Shown here one piece after another: positions 24,926-39,222 of a DNA stretch of 64,000 nt. Where the stretch lies: assembly GCA_002269645.1 (NCBI GenBank), contig NIVC01003987.1:2283-66282 (forward strand). The letters run 5' to 3'. The notes under the pieces were generated by a model. The model was given only the letters and a program-made list of their open reading frames with translations. It searched no databases and was not told the origin of the DNA. The position numbers were made by a program, and so were the translations under genes. This stretch comes from Macrostomum lignano (lineage: Eukaryota). Every line of letters begins with the position of its first letter. Positions within the stretch are counted from its first letter, which is position 1.

Positions 24926-25515
24926 GACTGACTGAAGGTGCCCGATAATAAAACCAATTTAAATTTGTCACCCGCCTCCTCCAATACTGAAAATACTGAA
25001 ATGATAGCTTGAATGTGCGTACGCAACCCCCCCTCCAACTTTATCTCTGCCCTATCACAAAAATGACTAAAATATTTGCAGACATCAAATTTTCTTCATG
25101 AAACTAAAATCCATCAAAAATCCTTTTAGTGAAACCATAAAAATCATCGAGATCCTCTCCGTGAAAACTAACTCCATCAGATTCTCTTAATGAAACTGAT
25201 TTTCATTAAAATCTCCTCCATTGAACGACCATCTAATTATAGCAATATCATTTCCGTCAATCAAGACTGTTAAATTGAAATCTATAAAAAGATGCTTTCT
25301 ACTTTCAAAGTAACGCTTTTGATAGTCTGTGGGAACTCTTATACTCCAAGGAGCTCTGAAATGCTAGTTTTAGAAGTCCATGACATGAATTTTCTCTCTC
25401 GCGGGGCTGCTATGGCCATAGACTATGCTGAATTTGTTGCTGTGCCGTGGATAAAAGAAAATAATTGTTGACAATTCAAGCCAACCGCTGTAAACTCTTC
25501 ATTGCAGACGCAGAG

Positions 25516-28500
25516 ATGCTGGTCCGGGTGCGTCAAAACTCTCGAGCTATGCAGGCAAGCGGAGACGCGCCTCTAGCGCGCTGTCCGCCGAGGAACAACA
25601 GCGGCGACCAGAGTCAGGCGACGGTTGAGGTAAGTTGAGACCACAGATACTATGTAACCATAGTTACATAGTTAAATAGTATCTGTGGCCAACAGGTTCG
25701 CGCAGGGAATCGAACCAGAGGTCCGTTGGGCGAGAGTCAGACGCCCCTTCCGCCCCTCACCCAGCCCTCTCTTAGGCACGCGATCACCGCAAACAACCAT
25801 CATCTGCGACGCTCGTCCATTGTGGCGAGCAGCAGGCGGTCAAATCGAGCCACATTTGCCGAGTACGTCAAGCTGCGCAAAGAGGCCAAGGGAGCCGCGG
25901 GCAGGTCAACCTCAATGGCAAGCCGGAACGCTGCGGACTCTTTGATCGATGCAAAGGACCCCGCGTCCGTCTTTCAAAGACAGCAGCTAACCACGTTTGC
26001 TGAGTACCAGAAGCGAGGCCTGGGGGCTGCCGGTCTGTGATGACGGAACTCTTTGTTGCGTATCAGACCTCAGCCCTTCTTCATATAAAACATACTTTTT
26101 GACACGCTTGGCTCAGACACAGTTGTAACCGAGCCACTCTCACTGAACACCCTTCTGAGCTACAGTCCTCACTGAGCCACTTTTATTGAACACCCTTCCG
26201 AGCTACAGTCCTCACTGAGCCACTTTCATTGAACACCCTTCCGAGCTACAGTCCTCACTGAGCCACTTTCATTGAACACCCTTCCGAGCTACAGTCCTCA
26301 CTGAGCCACTTTCATTGAACACCCTTCCGAGCTACAGTCCTCACTGAGCCACTCTCACTGAACACCCTTCTGAGCTACAGTCCTCACTGAGCCACTTTCA
26401 TTGAACACCCTTCCGAGCTACAGTCCTCACTGAGCCACTTTCATTGAACACCCTTCCGAGCTACAGTCCTGACTGAGTCACCCTCATTGGGCACCCTTCT
26501 GAGCTACGGTCTTCATCTTACATCCCAAACACTCCCTAGCAAGAGCCTATTTCAACCAAGTTACACCTAAACCGCCAGCGCGCCGTCAGAACGATCGGCA
26601 ATCTTTGGCGAACTCGGATTCCAGCGTGCTTGATCTGCCTGAGCCAGCCGATCCCGTCGGCCTGGAGACCGCAGACGGTGCGGCCGTGGCCGCCGCTGTT
26701 GCCAGATCCACCGCTGCCGACGAGAACGCTGATCGGAACGATGAAGACGCCGCCTCCGGTGACACGGCGACACAGGGCCAAAAGGGCTGCTGCGGCTGCT
26801 GCTCAAGGGCCAAGCGAAAAAACGCCGATCCGACTAGCCGACGGAAGCGGCGACTGGTGGAGCACGAAGGAACTTCGGTAGGTGGTTCCGCGTTGGTGGC
26901 TGCTGGAATACTTGTTTGCTACAGCTTGTATTGGACTCGAGTATTATGGTAGCCACGATTGTGCTGGAATTAATCAGCGGAACCCTCATCCGTTCTCTGC
27001 ATTGTAATTAGTGCACCTCCGGAAATCCACCACTCAGCCAGCTGCTCGATGAGGATGCAGATTTAGCCGACGTCAAGGACATGGATCCGACCATCACTCT
27101 GATGCCCTACGTGCTGTTTGAAAGCGAGCGGCACAAAGTCCTGTACCAATCGGTGGGGATGGACGAGGCCGAGTTGTTGAAACGGGCCATCGCTCTGCAC
27201 GCGAACGATCTCTACAAGCAGATGTTGATGAGGCTGTCAATGTCCAGGTGAGTCAGACTGTTTTTATGGTATAATTTAGATTTAGATACTGACTGATGTA
27301 CTTGGCGATTTGTCACTGTCAGTGCATCAACGGGTCCGAGAGTTAACTGGGGTTGTGTCAGTGCATCAACGGATCCGAGAGTGTTAACTGGGGTTGTGTC
27401 AGTGCATCAACGGATCCGAGAGTGTTAACTGAGGTTGTGTCAGTGCATCAATGGATCCGAGAGTGCTAACTGGGGTTGTGTCAATGCATCAATGGATCCG
27501 AGAGTGTTAACTGGGGTTGTGTCAGTGCATCAATGGATCCGAGAGTGCTAACTGGGGTTGTGTCAATGCATCAATGGATCCGAGAGTGTTAACTGGGGTT
27601 GTGTCAGTGCATCAACGGATCCGAGAGTGTTAACTGGGGTTGTGTCAGTGCATCAACGGATCCGAGAGTGTTAACTGGAGTTGTGTCAGTGTGTCGGTGC
27701 ATCAACGGATCCGAGAGTGTTAACTGGAGTTGTGTCAGTGTGTCGGTGCATCAACGGATCCGAGAGTGTTAACTGGAGTTGTGTCAGTGTGTCGGTGCAT
27801 CAACGGATCCGAGAGTGTTAACTGGGGTTGTGTCGGTGCATCAACGGATCCGAGAGTGTTAACTGGAGTTGTGTCAGTGCATCAACGGATCCGAGAGTGT
27901 TAACTGGGGTTGTGTCAGTGCATCAACGGATCCGAGAGTGTTAACTGGGGTTGTGTCAGTGCATCAACGGATCCGAGAGTGTTAACTGGGGTTGTGTCAG
28001 TGCATCAACGGATCCGAGAGTGTTAACTGAGGTTGTGTCAGTGCATCAACGGATCCGAGAGTGCTAACTGGGGTTGTGTCAGTGCATCAACGCATCCGAG
28101 AGTGTTAACTGGGGCTATGCCGGTGCATCAAAGGAACGTCACAGGGCACTAGCAGAGCTCAGTAAAATGCAGCTTAACCGGCACTCCACACCCGCAAGGT
28201 ACCTGAAGCTGATTCGTGAGCGTGTTGTTCGCACCGTGCTGTCAAAGAAGGTGCAGTTTTTCCTCAACAACGACGCTTTGGCCGTCAACCTGATGGGCAT
28301 CGAGATCACCGCCGAGGAGTCGAAGAGCATCGGGGACAGCGTCGGCAACTCGCCCGGCCTGAGCGTTGGCGACATCACCTTCGACTCGCAGGCGGTGGAG
28401 ATGCCGCAGTCCCGTTCGACTCAGCTGCTTGAATCGCCGGACGTTTCCAGGCAGATGTTTAAACCGGCGCCAATGCTTTCCGACACCGAAGTGCTGGAGC

Positions 28501-28601
28501 TGCTCAATGAGGGAAAAATACTTGACGTGACAGGGCGAGCATCGCTTGAGAGTCTCGTGTCCTTGCCCGTCACCAAAGTTGGACAGCGGCGCAGCTCCTG
28601 A
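25516..28601 (+). CDS. Uncharacterised multi-exon protein; probable exons 25516-25629, 25696-~26032, 26540-26877, 27012-27247, 28145-28601
   Basis: Phase-compatible GT-AG junctions: GAG|GTAAGT..CAG|GTT, TCG|GTAGGT..TAG|TGC, AG|GTGAGT..CAG|G. Coding-like GC content. The exon 2 donor is weak (GTCTGT), so the link from exon 2 to exon 3 is uncertain. No recognised domain. Confidence 0.55.
26105..26510 (+). repeat. 43-bp intronic minisatellite (CTACAGTCCTCACTGAGCCACTTTCATTGAACACCCTTCCGAG)n
   Basis: About 9 copies. Confidence 0.9.
27318..28110 (+). repeat. 41-bp intronic minisatellite (GTGTCAGTGCATCAACGGATCCGAGAGTGTTAACTGGGGTT)n
   Basis: About 18 copies. Confidence 0.95.
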
Positions 28602-30303
28602 CGTGCTCAAGAAATTCTGAGCTCTGTGCCTTTTAGTCACATTTTTTATTTTGATTTGGATCTGGGTCTTCGATGACAGTGGTTGCTAGGGAACTGGTTT
28701 GAAAGTGAAAACTTTTTTTGTGGAAATTTTTTCACCAAACAATAATGTTTTATTAAAAGTGTAAAAAGTTTCCATCAAACTGCAAGAAAAGTTTTTTTTG
28801 TCGACTTTTAAAAAAGAAAATTTATTTTCTGATTTTCTAAGCCTCTCAAACCGATGGCAACAGTCTGTTTCGTTAATTATCTGATATTTAATTTTTACTG
28901 CTATAATAAAAATCTTGCCATTATTTTTTGATGGGCATATTTCAGTGGCTTAATAATGTTTGACTTACTTAACGGTTTGATTACGTGCGGTGCACATTTG
29001 GGCCAAAGCCCAAGACGCACAGAGAGTGGTACGTAAGATAATTGTGCTTTTCTTCCAGAAAAAAAACAGATAACTTTTCCTCTTTCGCAGTGAAAACTGG
29101 TCTTCAGAGGAAGATACCAATGCCATACATAGATTTTCTGAAAGGATTGAAGATTTCTTTCATATTCGATCCTACCCGGCAAATCGGTTAGGAATCTATA
29201 TACTAATTTAGCTCCGTTTTGATGCCTGCCTGTAATTGATGTTTCCTAGAACCGTCTTGTCGATTTTCTTTTTAAAATAGCTTTAAAACATTTGTGATTT
29301 TCTGACGGTCAAACACAAATCTTTTCGATGAAAAACTCGAATGGGAAGTGGGTCAAATATTCGAAAAACGGTATTTCTTAATGCTTAGAGCATTTTGAAT
29401 GCCCCCATGGGGGGCTTAATGTGCTAGTTAACCTACTAAAACTATTTAATGTATCATTTAACTATGAATTTCTTTTCTGTTGAATCCTCAATTGTATATT
29501 TTATTATTTTTCTTTTCGAGCCATTAAAACGAGGACTGCATGAGAAACGATTTGAGGACTAGAAAAAGCGTCTATAGAAACAAAATGAACGCGAAAGTGC
29601 AACAAGTGCAAAAACGAGGAAACAAGTAGTTAAACATGGCAAAAAATCTTTCCAGAAGGAGAAGTCCTTTTTTAGACTAAACTTGACATAAATAGTGCTG
29701 CAGCACGGCAAACATGCTGTCATTCTGTTTGCGCACCTCGAAGAAGAATCGCCTCAGAAGATAGTTCCAATTGCCTCGACTCCATTCTTCGATCGGTTTG
29801 GAGACAAGAAGTCCTTTGGTATGGTTTCTCCTTGCAAAATTGCGTTCTAGCGCGCATTTTGCCAGTCTTTGAACACATTAACGGCCCATTGTTCTTTCCG
29901 GGATCATCTTGCATCACCTAGCCTAACGAATCGCGCTGAGGATGCAGAGGATTCAGTAGTAAATACTTTATATGCCGCGCAGTTGTTGCTCCAACTGCTG
30001 GTTCGAATAACTCGTCCAACCAGTCCAACGATTCGGGTTGACTAAATAGATCCATGTCACGGCCAGATACTGACACTGAGTCAAGAAAAAAATTGTTTAG
30101 TTCCTTTCCTAGCGAATCAGTCTTTTACAAGGTTAAAGTGTACTTAACCCACAGTTCTAAAAATAGCATGTCACGACCGAGATATACTGACAGAAGCTGC
30201 GGCCCATAGAGATCTGCGGCAAGACACAGTGCTATCCCTGAAATTAATAATCCACTATATTTCATTTAGTAGTCCTGGGAGTAGCACTTGGCTGTGCCAG
30301 GCC

Positions 30304-31632
30304 ATGGCCACTGCCGACCACCTGCGAGCTGCCCTGGAGGCTGACGATCGCGAATGCCTACTGAGACAGTGCGGCCAGCTGGACGTCAACCTGACGTTGA
30401 CGTCAAACGGCTACGAAGCAACTGTGGCTCATCACGTCGCATCCAAACCCCACGGACTCGACTGCCTCAAGCGGCTGGTTGACAAGCTGGGAGCCGCCTG
30501 CCTGACAACTGAAGTGGATGATGGCGGCGACTTGCCGCTGCATGTTGCGGCTCTGCGCCAGGATGAAAAATCGATGGAGTTCATCCGCAACAGCGCGGGA
30601 CCGGAGTGCTTCGAGCTGACTGGGCAGTTCAACCGAACCATTGTGCACATGGCGGCGCAGAATGAGCACAGCAGCTCAGCCCTGATGTGGCTGGTTAAGC
30701 AGATCGGACCAGACTGCCTGAACGTGCTCGATTCTGATGGCAACACGCCGGTCCACCTTGCAGCCTGGAAGCAGGATGAGGCATCGATGCGGTTCATCAA
30801 AGAGCAGCTCGGAACTGACTGCTTCGTCCAGCGAGGAGAGATGCAGCGCACCGCCGTTCACATGTCTGCCTTGAATGTGGCCAGCAACTCGGCCTTCAAG
30901 TGGCTGGTGTGCGAGTGCGGCCCAGGCTCCCTGACGGAGAAAGATACCGAGAGCAACACTCCCGTTCACCTGGCCGCGCTAAGGCAAGGCGAAGACTCGA
31001 TGCAGTTCATTAACGCGCAGGTCGGGTCTCAGGTGTTCCTGATCGAAGGTAACAATGGAGGCACTTCGGTGAACTTTGCAGCTGAAAACTGCATCAGCAA
31101 ATCCGCACTGGCCTGGTGCGCCAGGGAGCTGGACCCCAAGTGTCTGCTGGTGAAGGATTCGTTTGGCAGAATGCCAATTCACCTGGCAGCTCTGCACCAG
31201 GATGAGCATTCGATGCAGCTGCTGGTGAGCTCACTCGGACGGGACTGCCTTACTCTGCCAGGTGAGATGCAGCGGACTGCCGTGCACTACGCTGCTCTGA
31301 ACTCCAGCAGCATCTCTGCACTGAGGTGGATTGTCGGTCAGCTCGGAACCGACTGCCTGAAGCTGACGGACTCCGAGGGCAGCATGGCGCTGCATCTGGC
31401 GGCTCAGGTTCAGGGCGTGGACTCTCTTAGTCTCATCTTGGACTCCCTGGGCGCTGACGCCTTCAAGCTCGAGGGTCTCAACGGCCTGCGGATGGCTCAC
31501 TACGCCGCCGCGAACAGCCAGAAGCAGGAGCTGCTGGCGTGGATCGCCAGCGAGATCGGGCCCGACAGCCTGCATGAGCCCGACGCCCTGGGCAGGACTG
31601 CCATCGAACTCGCCGCTGAAGACGATGAGTAG
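30304..31632 (+). CDS. Intronless ankyrin-repeat protein (about 11 repeats, alternating 35/36-aa types), about 442 aa
   Basis: Repeated GxTPxHLAA / RTxVHxAA motifs with a 71-aa period. ATG at 30304 sits in a GCCATGG context. Confidence 0.9.
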   Translation: MATADHLRAALEADDRECLLRQCGQLDVNLTLTSNGYEATVAHHVASKPHGLDCLKRLVDKLGAACLTTEVDDGGDLPLHVAALRQDEKSMEFIRNSAGPECFELTGQFNRTIVHMAAQNEHSSSALMWLVKQIGPDCLNVLDSDGNTPVHLAAWKQDEASMRFIKEQLGTDCFVQRGEMQRTAVHMSALNVASNSAFKWLVCECGPGSLTEKDTESNTPVHLAALRQGEDSMQFINAQVGSQVFLIEGNNGGTSVNFAAENCISKSALAWCARELDPKCLLVKDSFGRMPIHLAALHQDEHSMQLLVSSLGRDCLTLPGEMQRTAVHYAALNSSSISALRWIVGQLGTDCLKLTDSEGSMALHLAAQVQGVDSLSLILDSLGADAFKLEGLNGLRMAHYAAANSQKQELLAWIASEIGPDSLHEPDALGRTAIELAAEDDE

Positions 31633-31834
31633 GCAGAGGCTGGCGAGGAGACATTTTATGGTTTGAGTTGGGGTCTCCTGCGCTCTCTTTTGCACTTCGT
31701 TCTTCATTATTGATTTTTCAAATCGATAAACCATGCAAATAAGCATTTGGTTCTTCTCGGCTTCACTGACACAATCTCGGGCTCGGGCCGGCTTCATCGT
31801 TGATTTTTTAACATTTTAACAATAAATTGAGCCC

Positions 31835-32190
<356 letters not shown>

Positions 32191-32404
32191 TTTTTCTGTT
32201 TGTGTCCCTGTCTCTATACTCTATCTTGAAAAATTAACTTTTCAATCTACAATGCTCATGCTATGATGAAGCCAATAAGAAAACAAGTTATTTCTCGAAT
32301 ACTGGAGCAGAATTATAATCTTTGTTATCAGCAAATACTAACTAATGTAGAATCTATCGTTTCTCTGTAAACCGAATGCTGGTTGCTAGGCCAAGTCTAG
32401 CAGC

Positions 32405-34537
32405 TCACACCCTGGTGATGGGTGAGTAGGCCAAGATTCTCGGATAGCCGGCCTCGGGTCTGATGGGCACAGCTGGGAAGTGCTGCTGGTGCTGCTGGTG
32501 CTGCTGGTGCTGCTGGTGCTGCTGGTGCTGCTGGTGCTGCTGGTGCTGCTGGTGCTGCTGGTGCTGCTGGTGCTGCTGGAGGTGGCGCTGCAGACCCGAG
32601 CAGCTCACAAATGATGGCGAGATTGGCATCGGCAGCGGTGGAGGTGGTGGCAGCTGCGCGAACACCGAGCTGAGCGCCTCGACCGAGGACGAACGCCCGC
32701 CAGCTGACGACTCGTCGAAAGAGGCCTGCCGATTCTGCCGATGGTGCAGCGACGACCGAGTCCGGCAGGAAGCCTGCCGCTGCCGCCGCTGGTGATCAAA
32801 ATAGTCAGAGCCCCCCGGAGCATCTTCTGCCGCACCCAGATCGTTGATCTCGTTGACGCTGCCGACGCAGCTGCTGGCTCCTTCATCGCCGCCGTCGGAT
32901 GTCGCCTCCGGCTGCCGCTGCGGCGAACTGCCGGAAGCTCCTGTCGCCGCCGCTGCCGCCAACGCCAGGCGGCCTTTGCCGGCGGAGTTACCGACTGCCG
33001 AGCCGGAATCGACGGTCAGCATCCAGCGGTTGACTTCGTCCTCGCTGGAGAGCGGCGCCGGCTTGGCGCAGGGCAGGCAGCGGGCCACCAGGTGGTTGGC
33101 GCTGCGATCGAATGCCAGCACGACTACGGGCTCGAGGGCGGCTCTGGCGAAGCCCAGGATGGTCAGCAGCTTGTAGACTTCGGCGCTCACCTGCGGTTGG
33201 GTAAGGCGGATAGATAAGGAGATAAATTAGTAGGTAGGTAGTAGGTAACTAAGTTAGGATAGGTAGCTTTGTATCGATATTGTGTTGCTACGGTGTTGCT
33301 ACGGTGTTGCTACGGTGTTGCTACGGTGTTGCTACGGTGTTGCTACGGTGTTGCTACGGTGTTGCTACGGTGTTGCTACGGTGTTGCTACGGTGTTGCTA
33401 CGGTGTTGCTACGGTGTTGCTACGGTGTTGCTACGGTGTTGCTACGGTGTTGCTACGGTGTTGCTACGGTGTTGCTATGGTGTTGCTACGGTGTTGCTAC
33501 GGTGTTGCTACGGTGTTGCTACGGTGTTGCTACGGTGTTGCTACGGTGTTGCTACGGTGTTGCTACGCTGTTGCTACGCTGTTGCTACGCTGTTGCTACG
33601 GTGTTGCTACGGTGTTGCTACGGTGTTGCTACGGTGTTGCTACATTGCCTAGCAGGCCTCCTCCATTTGCCCGCACCTGGTACTGCGGGTCCACCAGGAT
33701 CAGCAGAAACAGCGGGTACCAGCACACGAAGTGCAGGCCGCACACCGCGCTCAGCACCCGCTGCCTGTTCCGTTTAATCTCGGCCAGGCTGTCCAACTTT
33801 CTGTCCACCGCCTCCATGCTGACCGGCAGCTCCTCCTGCTGGCTGCTCAGAATGATAAGCTTGGCCTGCACGGTCTTGCCGATGACCCGGTAGAACACGG
33901 CCAAGTAGTAGGCGGCGGCGGCCAGGGCCAAGGACACGATGAGGATCCACATGGTGTACACAATGTAGTTCTTGGCCTGCCCGTACACAAATAGGCACCG
34001 TTTGGATTTGCTGGACTCAAAATTGGCGCCAATTAAGGTGGGGCCCAGGTGCAAAATGATGCTGCCAGTGTACACCAGCACCGTGCCAAACAGCACGCAG
34101 CACAGGTTGCCCTTCGGCCGCTGCTTTACCACGGTCGGGCAGTTGTCGAACAGGTACACCTCGCAGCAGGCCGCCGCCACCAGGTTGAACACCGAGGCGG
34201 TCATCAGGACAACGTAGCTCGTGCCCAGCGAGTTGCAGCTGCTCGCCGGCACGACGCCTTCTTGAAGGCCGCGAGCGAATATGACGCAATAGGCTGACAG
34301 CGCAGAGTTCAGCAGGCAGGCGTGCACCAGGAAGGCCGAGGACAGGCGCCGCGTGTGCGACTGCAGTAGCACTGCGGTCAGGAGGGCGGCGTTTGCTGAC
34401 AGGCCCAGCCCGGCAACCAGGTACATCACGGCCTGCTCCAGTGCGCTGTGCAGTGCTTCAGTGTCCACATGTTCGTGCTCCGCTGCAGCCGCCGCTGCAT
34501 CCGCGGTTGATGACGCCACCGATGAGTCATCCGACAT
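32405..34537 (-). CDS. Orphan class A (rhodopsin-like) GPCR, 2 exons (34537-33677, 33190-32405), with a long low-complexity C-tail containing (QHQ)n
   Basis: Seven hydrophobic segments. TM1 LGLSANAAL, TM3 Cys (CNSLG), ECL2 Cys (KRCLF), TM6 CWYPLF. A phase-0 CAG|GTGCGG..CAG|GTG intron supplies TM7. A loose SREB-like resemblance is not firm. Confidence 0.8.
33283..33643 (+). repeat. 11-bp intronic minisatellite (GTTGCTACGGT)n
   Basis: About 33 near-perfect copies in the GPCR intron. Confidence 0.95.
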
Positions 34538-34709
34538 TCTAGTCTGGAGTGAAAATAATTGCTTAAAAGTAACTTTTTGCACTCTTATCATTTCTCTGCA
34601 CTTGTTCTTTGGACTTGCTTTCAAAAGTATTTTTTTATTCAGTTCTATGTTTGTTTCCATTGCTCACACATATCGCTATTAACCTGCTTATTGCTCTAGA
34701 AATTCTCAC

Positions 34710-34862
34710 CTCTCCTCTCCTGTCCTCACCTCTCCTCTCCTCTCTCCTCTCCTCTCCTCTCCTCTCCTCTCCTCTCCTCTCCTCTCCTCTCCTCTCCTCT
34801 CCTCTCCTCTCCTCTCCTCTCCTCTCCTCTCCTCTCCTCTCCTCTCCTCTCCTCTCCTCTCC
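34710..34862 (+). repeat. (CTCCT)n pentanucleotide
   Basis: Direct observation. Confidence 0.95.
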
Positions 34863-35339
34863 GCTTCTTTCCGCTCCTCTCTTTACTCTCAAAAAAGTAT
34901 TCTAAAAGTGTCAACCGTAAGCCATCTGTGCTCAGTCTGTTCTCTTACCTGTCAGTAACGAGAAACACAAGCAACCACAGCCCGAGGGTAACACAACCTT
35001 TGTAAATAAACTTTTCTCATTGAATTTGAACCGCGGTTCTCACACTGCCAGCTATCTGCTCAAAGATTGAGCTTATTTATTTTTCTGTCCAAGAAAAGAG
35101 AATGACTGGAGCGACACAGCGTGACGCGCACTTGTCCTGCTGAGAATGGCCGAACCAGCTGGAGTGCTGCCAAGTCTCTATTGAGAGATTTTCTATTGAA
35201 TGAACAGCAGCAGCTGTGGTTGGTCAAGCCTTCTGCTATGATGCTGCTGCCGCTTTCAGTTCGTTGCACTCACTGACTGGTTGGTTAATTGCACCCAGCG
35301 GGACTGGCCTCAGTACAGTAGATGGTCCCTGCGTTCTCC

Positions 35340-36705
<1,366 letters not shown>

Positions 36706-37109
36706 TAGCCAGGTCTTTTACGAGGTCTTTTAGCCTATACTGCTCTCTGCCTATTGAAATTCAGTTGAAAAGACTCATTGAACTTTAAATATAAAAGGTG
36801 ACTTTGAGCTCTAGGTTTCATAAAATTCATATTTCATAAAGCACAAGGAACTCAATTCAAATTCGTTTCATTCTTCGCTGCATTTCGGCGCCACAGCCTG
36901 CCGACTTTTTACGGTCAAGCTGTCCATCTGACTAAATTAACCCAGCCTCGAGTTTCACGGCCCTTATCCAGCTTCTTGCATTCGGGGGTTTTCCTGCGGA
37001 TGTTTTTAACTCCAGCCTGTAAAGCACATCGGTCGCGTTACTTCTCCTTGACTTAATAATTGTTACACGCCTAGACTTGGGGGCAGAAAGAGAGATGGAT
37101 GAAAATGGA

Positions 37110-39222
37110 TGAGATGGAGAGAGTGGGGTAGAGTGAAGAGAGTAGAGAGAGTGGGGGCGAGTGGGGGAGAGTGGGGGAGAGTCGGGGAGAGTGGTGGAGA
37201 GTGAGGGAAAGTGAGGGAGAGTGAAGGGGATTGAGGGAGAGTGGGAGAGAGTCGGGGAGAGTGGAGGAGAGTGAGTGAGAGTGGGGGAGAGTGAAGAGGA
37301 TTGAGGGAGAGTCGGGGAGAGTGGGGAGAGTGGGGGAGAGTGGGGGAGAGTGGGGGAGAGTAAGGAAGAGTGAGGGAGAACGGGGAGAGTGGGGAGAGTG
37401 GGGGAGAGTGGGGGAGAGTAAGGAAGAGTGAGGGAGAGTGGGGAGAGTGGGGAGAGTGGGGGAGAGTGGGGGAGAGTAAGGAAGAGTGAGGGAGAGTGAC
37501 GGAGAGTGGGGAGAGTGGGGGAGAGTGAGGGAGATTGACGGAGAGTGGGGAGAGTGGGGAGAGTGGGGGAGAGTGAGGGAGAGTGAGGGAGAGTGGGGAG
37601 AGTGGGGGAGAGTGAGGGAGATTGACGGAGAGTGGGGAGAGTGAGGGAGAGTGGGGGAGAGTGGGGGAGAGTGGGGGAGAGTGGGGGAGATTGACGGAGA
37701 GTGGGGAGAGTGAGGGAGAGTGGGGGAGAGTGGGGGAGAGTGGGGGAGAGTGGGGGAGAGTGAGGGAGAGTGAGGGAGAGTGGGGAGAGTGGGGGAGAGT
37801 GAGGGAGAGTGACGGAGAGTGGGGAGAGTGGGGGAGAGTGAGGGAGAGTGAGGGAGAGTGACGGAGAGTGGGGGAGAGTGAGGGAGAGTGACGGAGAGTG
37901 GGGAGAGTGGGGAGAGTGAGAGAGAGTGACGGAGAGTGGGGAGAGTGAGGGAGATTGACGGAGAGTGGGGAGAGTGGGGGAGAGTGAGGGAGAGTGAGGG
38001 AGAGTGGGGAGAGTGGGGAGAGTGAGGAGATTGACGGAGAGTGGGGAGAGTGAGGGAGAGTGGGGAGAGTGGGGGAGAGTGGGGAGAGTGGGGGAGAGTG
38101 GGGAGAGTGAGGGAGAGTGGGGAGAGTGGGGAGAGTGGGGGAGAGTGGGGGAGAGTGAGGGAGAGTGGGGAGAGTGGGGAGAGTGGGGGAGAGTGGGGGA
38201 GAGTAAGGAAGAGTGAGGGAGAGTGACGGAGAGTGGGGAGAGTGGGGGAGAGTGAGGGAGATTGACGGAGAGTGGGGAGAGTGGGGGAGAGTGAGGGAGA
38301 GTGAGGGAGAGTGGGGAGAGTGGGGGAGAGTGAGGGAGATTGACGGAGAGTGGGAGAGTGAGGGAGAGTGGGGGAGAGTGGGGGAGAGTGGGGGAGAGTG
38401 GGGGAGAGTGGGGAGAGTGAGGGAGAGTGGGGAGAGTGGGGAGAGTGAGGAGAGTGAGGGAGAGCGGGGAGAGTGGGGAGAGTGGGGAGAGTGGGGAGAG
38501 TAAGGAAGAGTGAGGAGAGTGGGGAGAGTGGGGAGAGTGGGGAGAGTGGGGAGAGTAAGGAAGAGTGAGGGAGAGTGACGGAGAGTGGGGAGAGTGGGGG
38601 AGAGTGAGGGAGATTGACGGAGAGTGGGGAGAGTGGGGGAGAGTGAGGGAGAGTGAGGGAGAGTGGGGAGAGTGGGGGAGAGTGAGGGAGATTGACGGAG
38701 AGTGGGGAGAGTGAGGGAGAGTGGGGGAGAGTGGGGGAGAGTGGGGGAGAGTGGGGAGAGTGGGGGAGAGTGAGGGAGAGTGGGGAGAGTGGGGGAGAGT
38801 GGGGAGAGTGGGGGAGAGTGGGGGAGAGTGAGGGAGAGTGGGGGAGAGTGGGGGAGAGTGGGGGAGAGTGGGGGAGAGTGAGGGAGAGTGAGGGAGAGTG
38901 GGGAGAGTGGGGGAGAGTGGGGGAGAGTGGGGGAGAGTGAGGGAGAGTGAGGGAGAGTGAGGGAGAGTGGGGGAGAGTGGGGGAGAGTGAGGGAGAGTGA
39001 GGAGAGTGGGGAGAGTGGGGGAGAGTGGGGAGAGTGGGGGAGAGAGGGGGAGAGTGAGGGAGAGTGAGGGAGAGTGAGGGAGAGTGAGGGAGAGTGACGG
39101 AGAGTGAGGGAGAGTGACGGAGAGTGGGGAGAGTGGGGGAGAGTGGGGGAGAGTGGGGGAGAGTGACGGAGAGTGGGGAGAGTGACGGAGAGTGGGGGAG
39201 AGTGGGGAGAGTGGGGGAGAGT
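37110..39222 (+). repeat. 9-10-bp G/A-rich satellite (GGGAGAGTG[G/A])n
   Basis: About 2.1-kb purine-rich array. Confidence 0.95.

Noticed and set aside
36932-37080. Possible PH-like exon (ELKTSAGKPPNARSWIRAVK) on the minus strand
   Set aside because: It is short, has no convincing donor, and no partner exons were found in the neighbouring unique islands.
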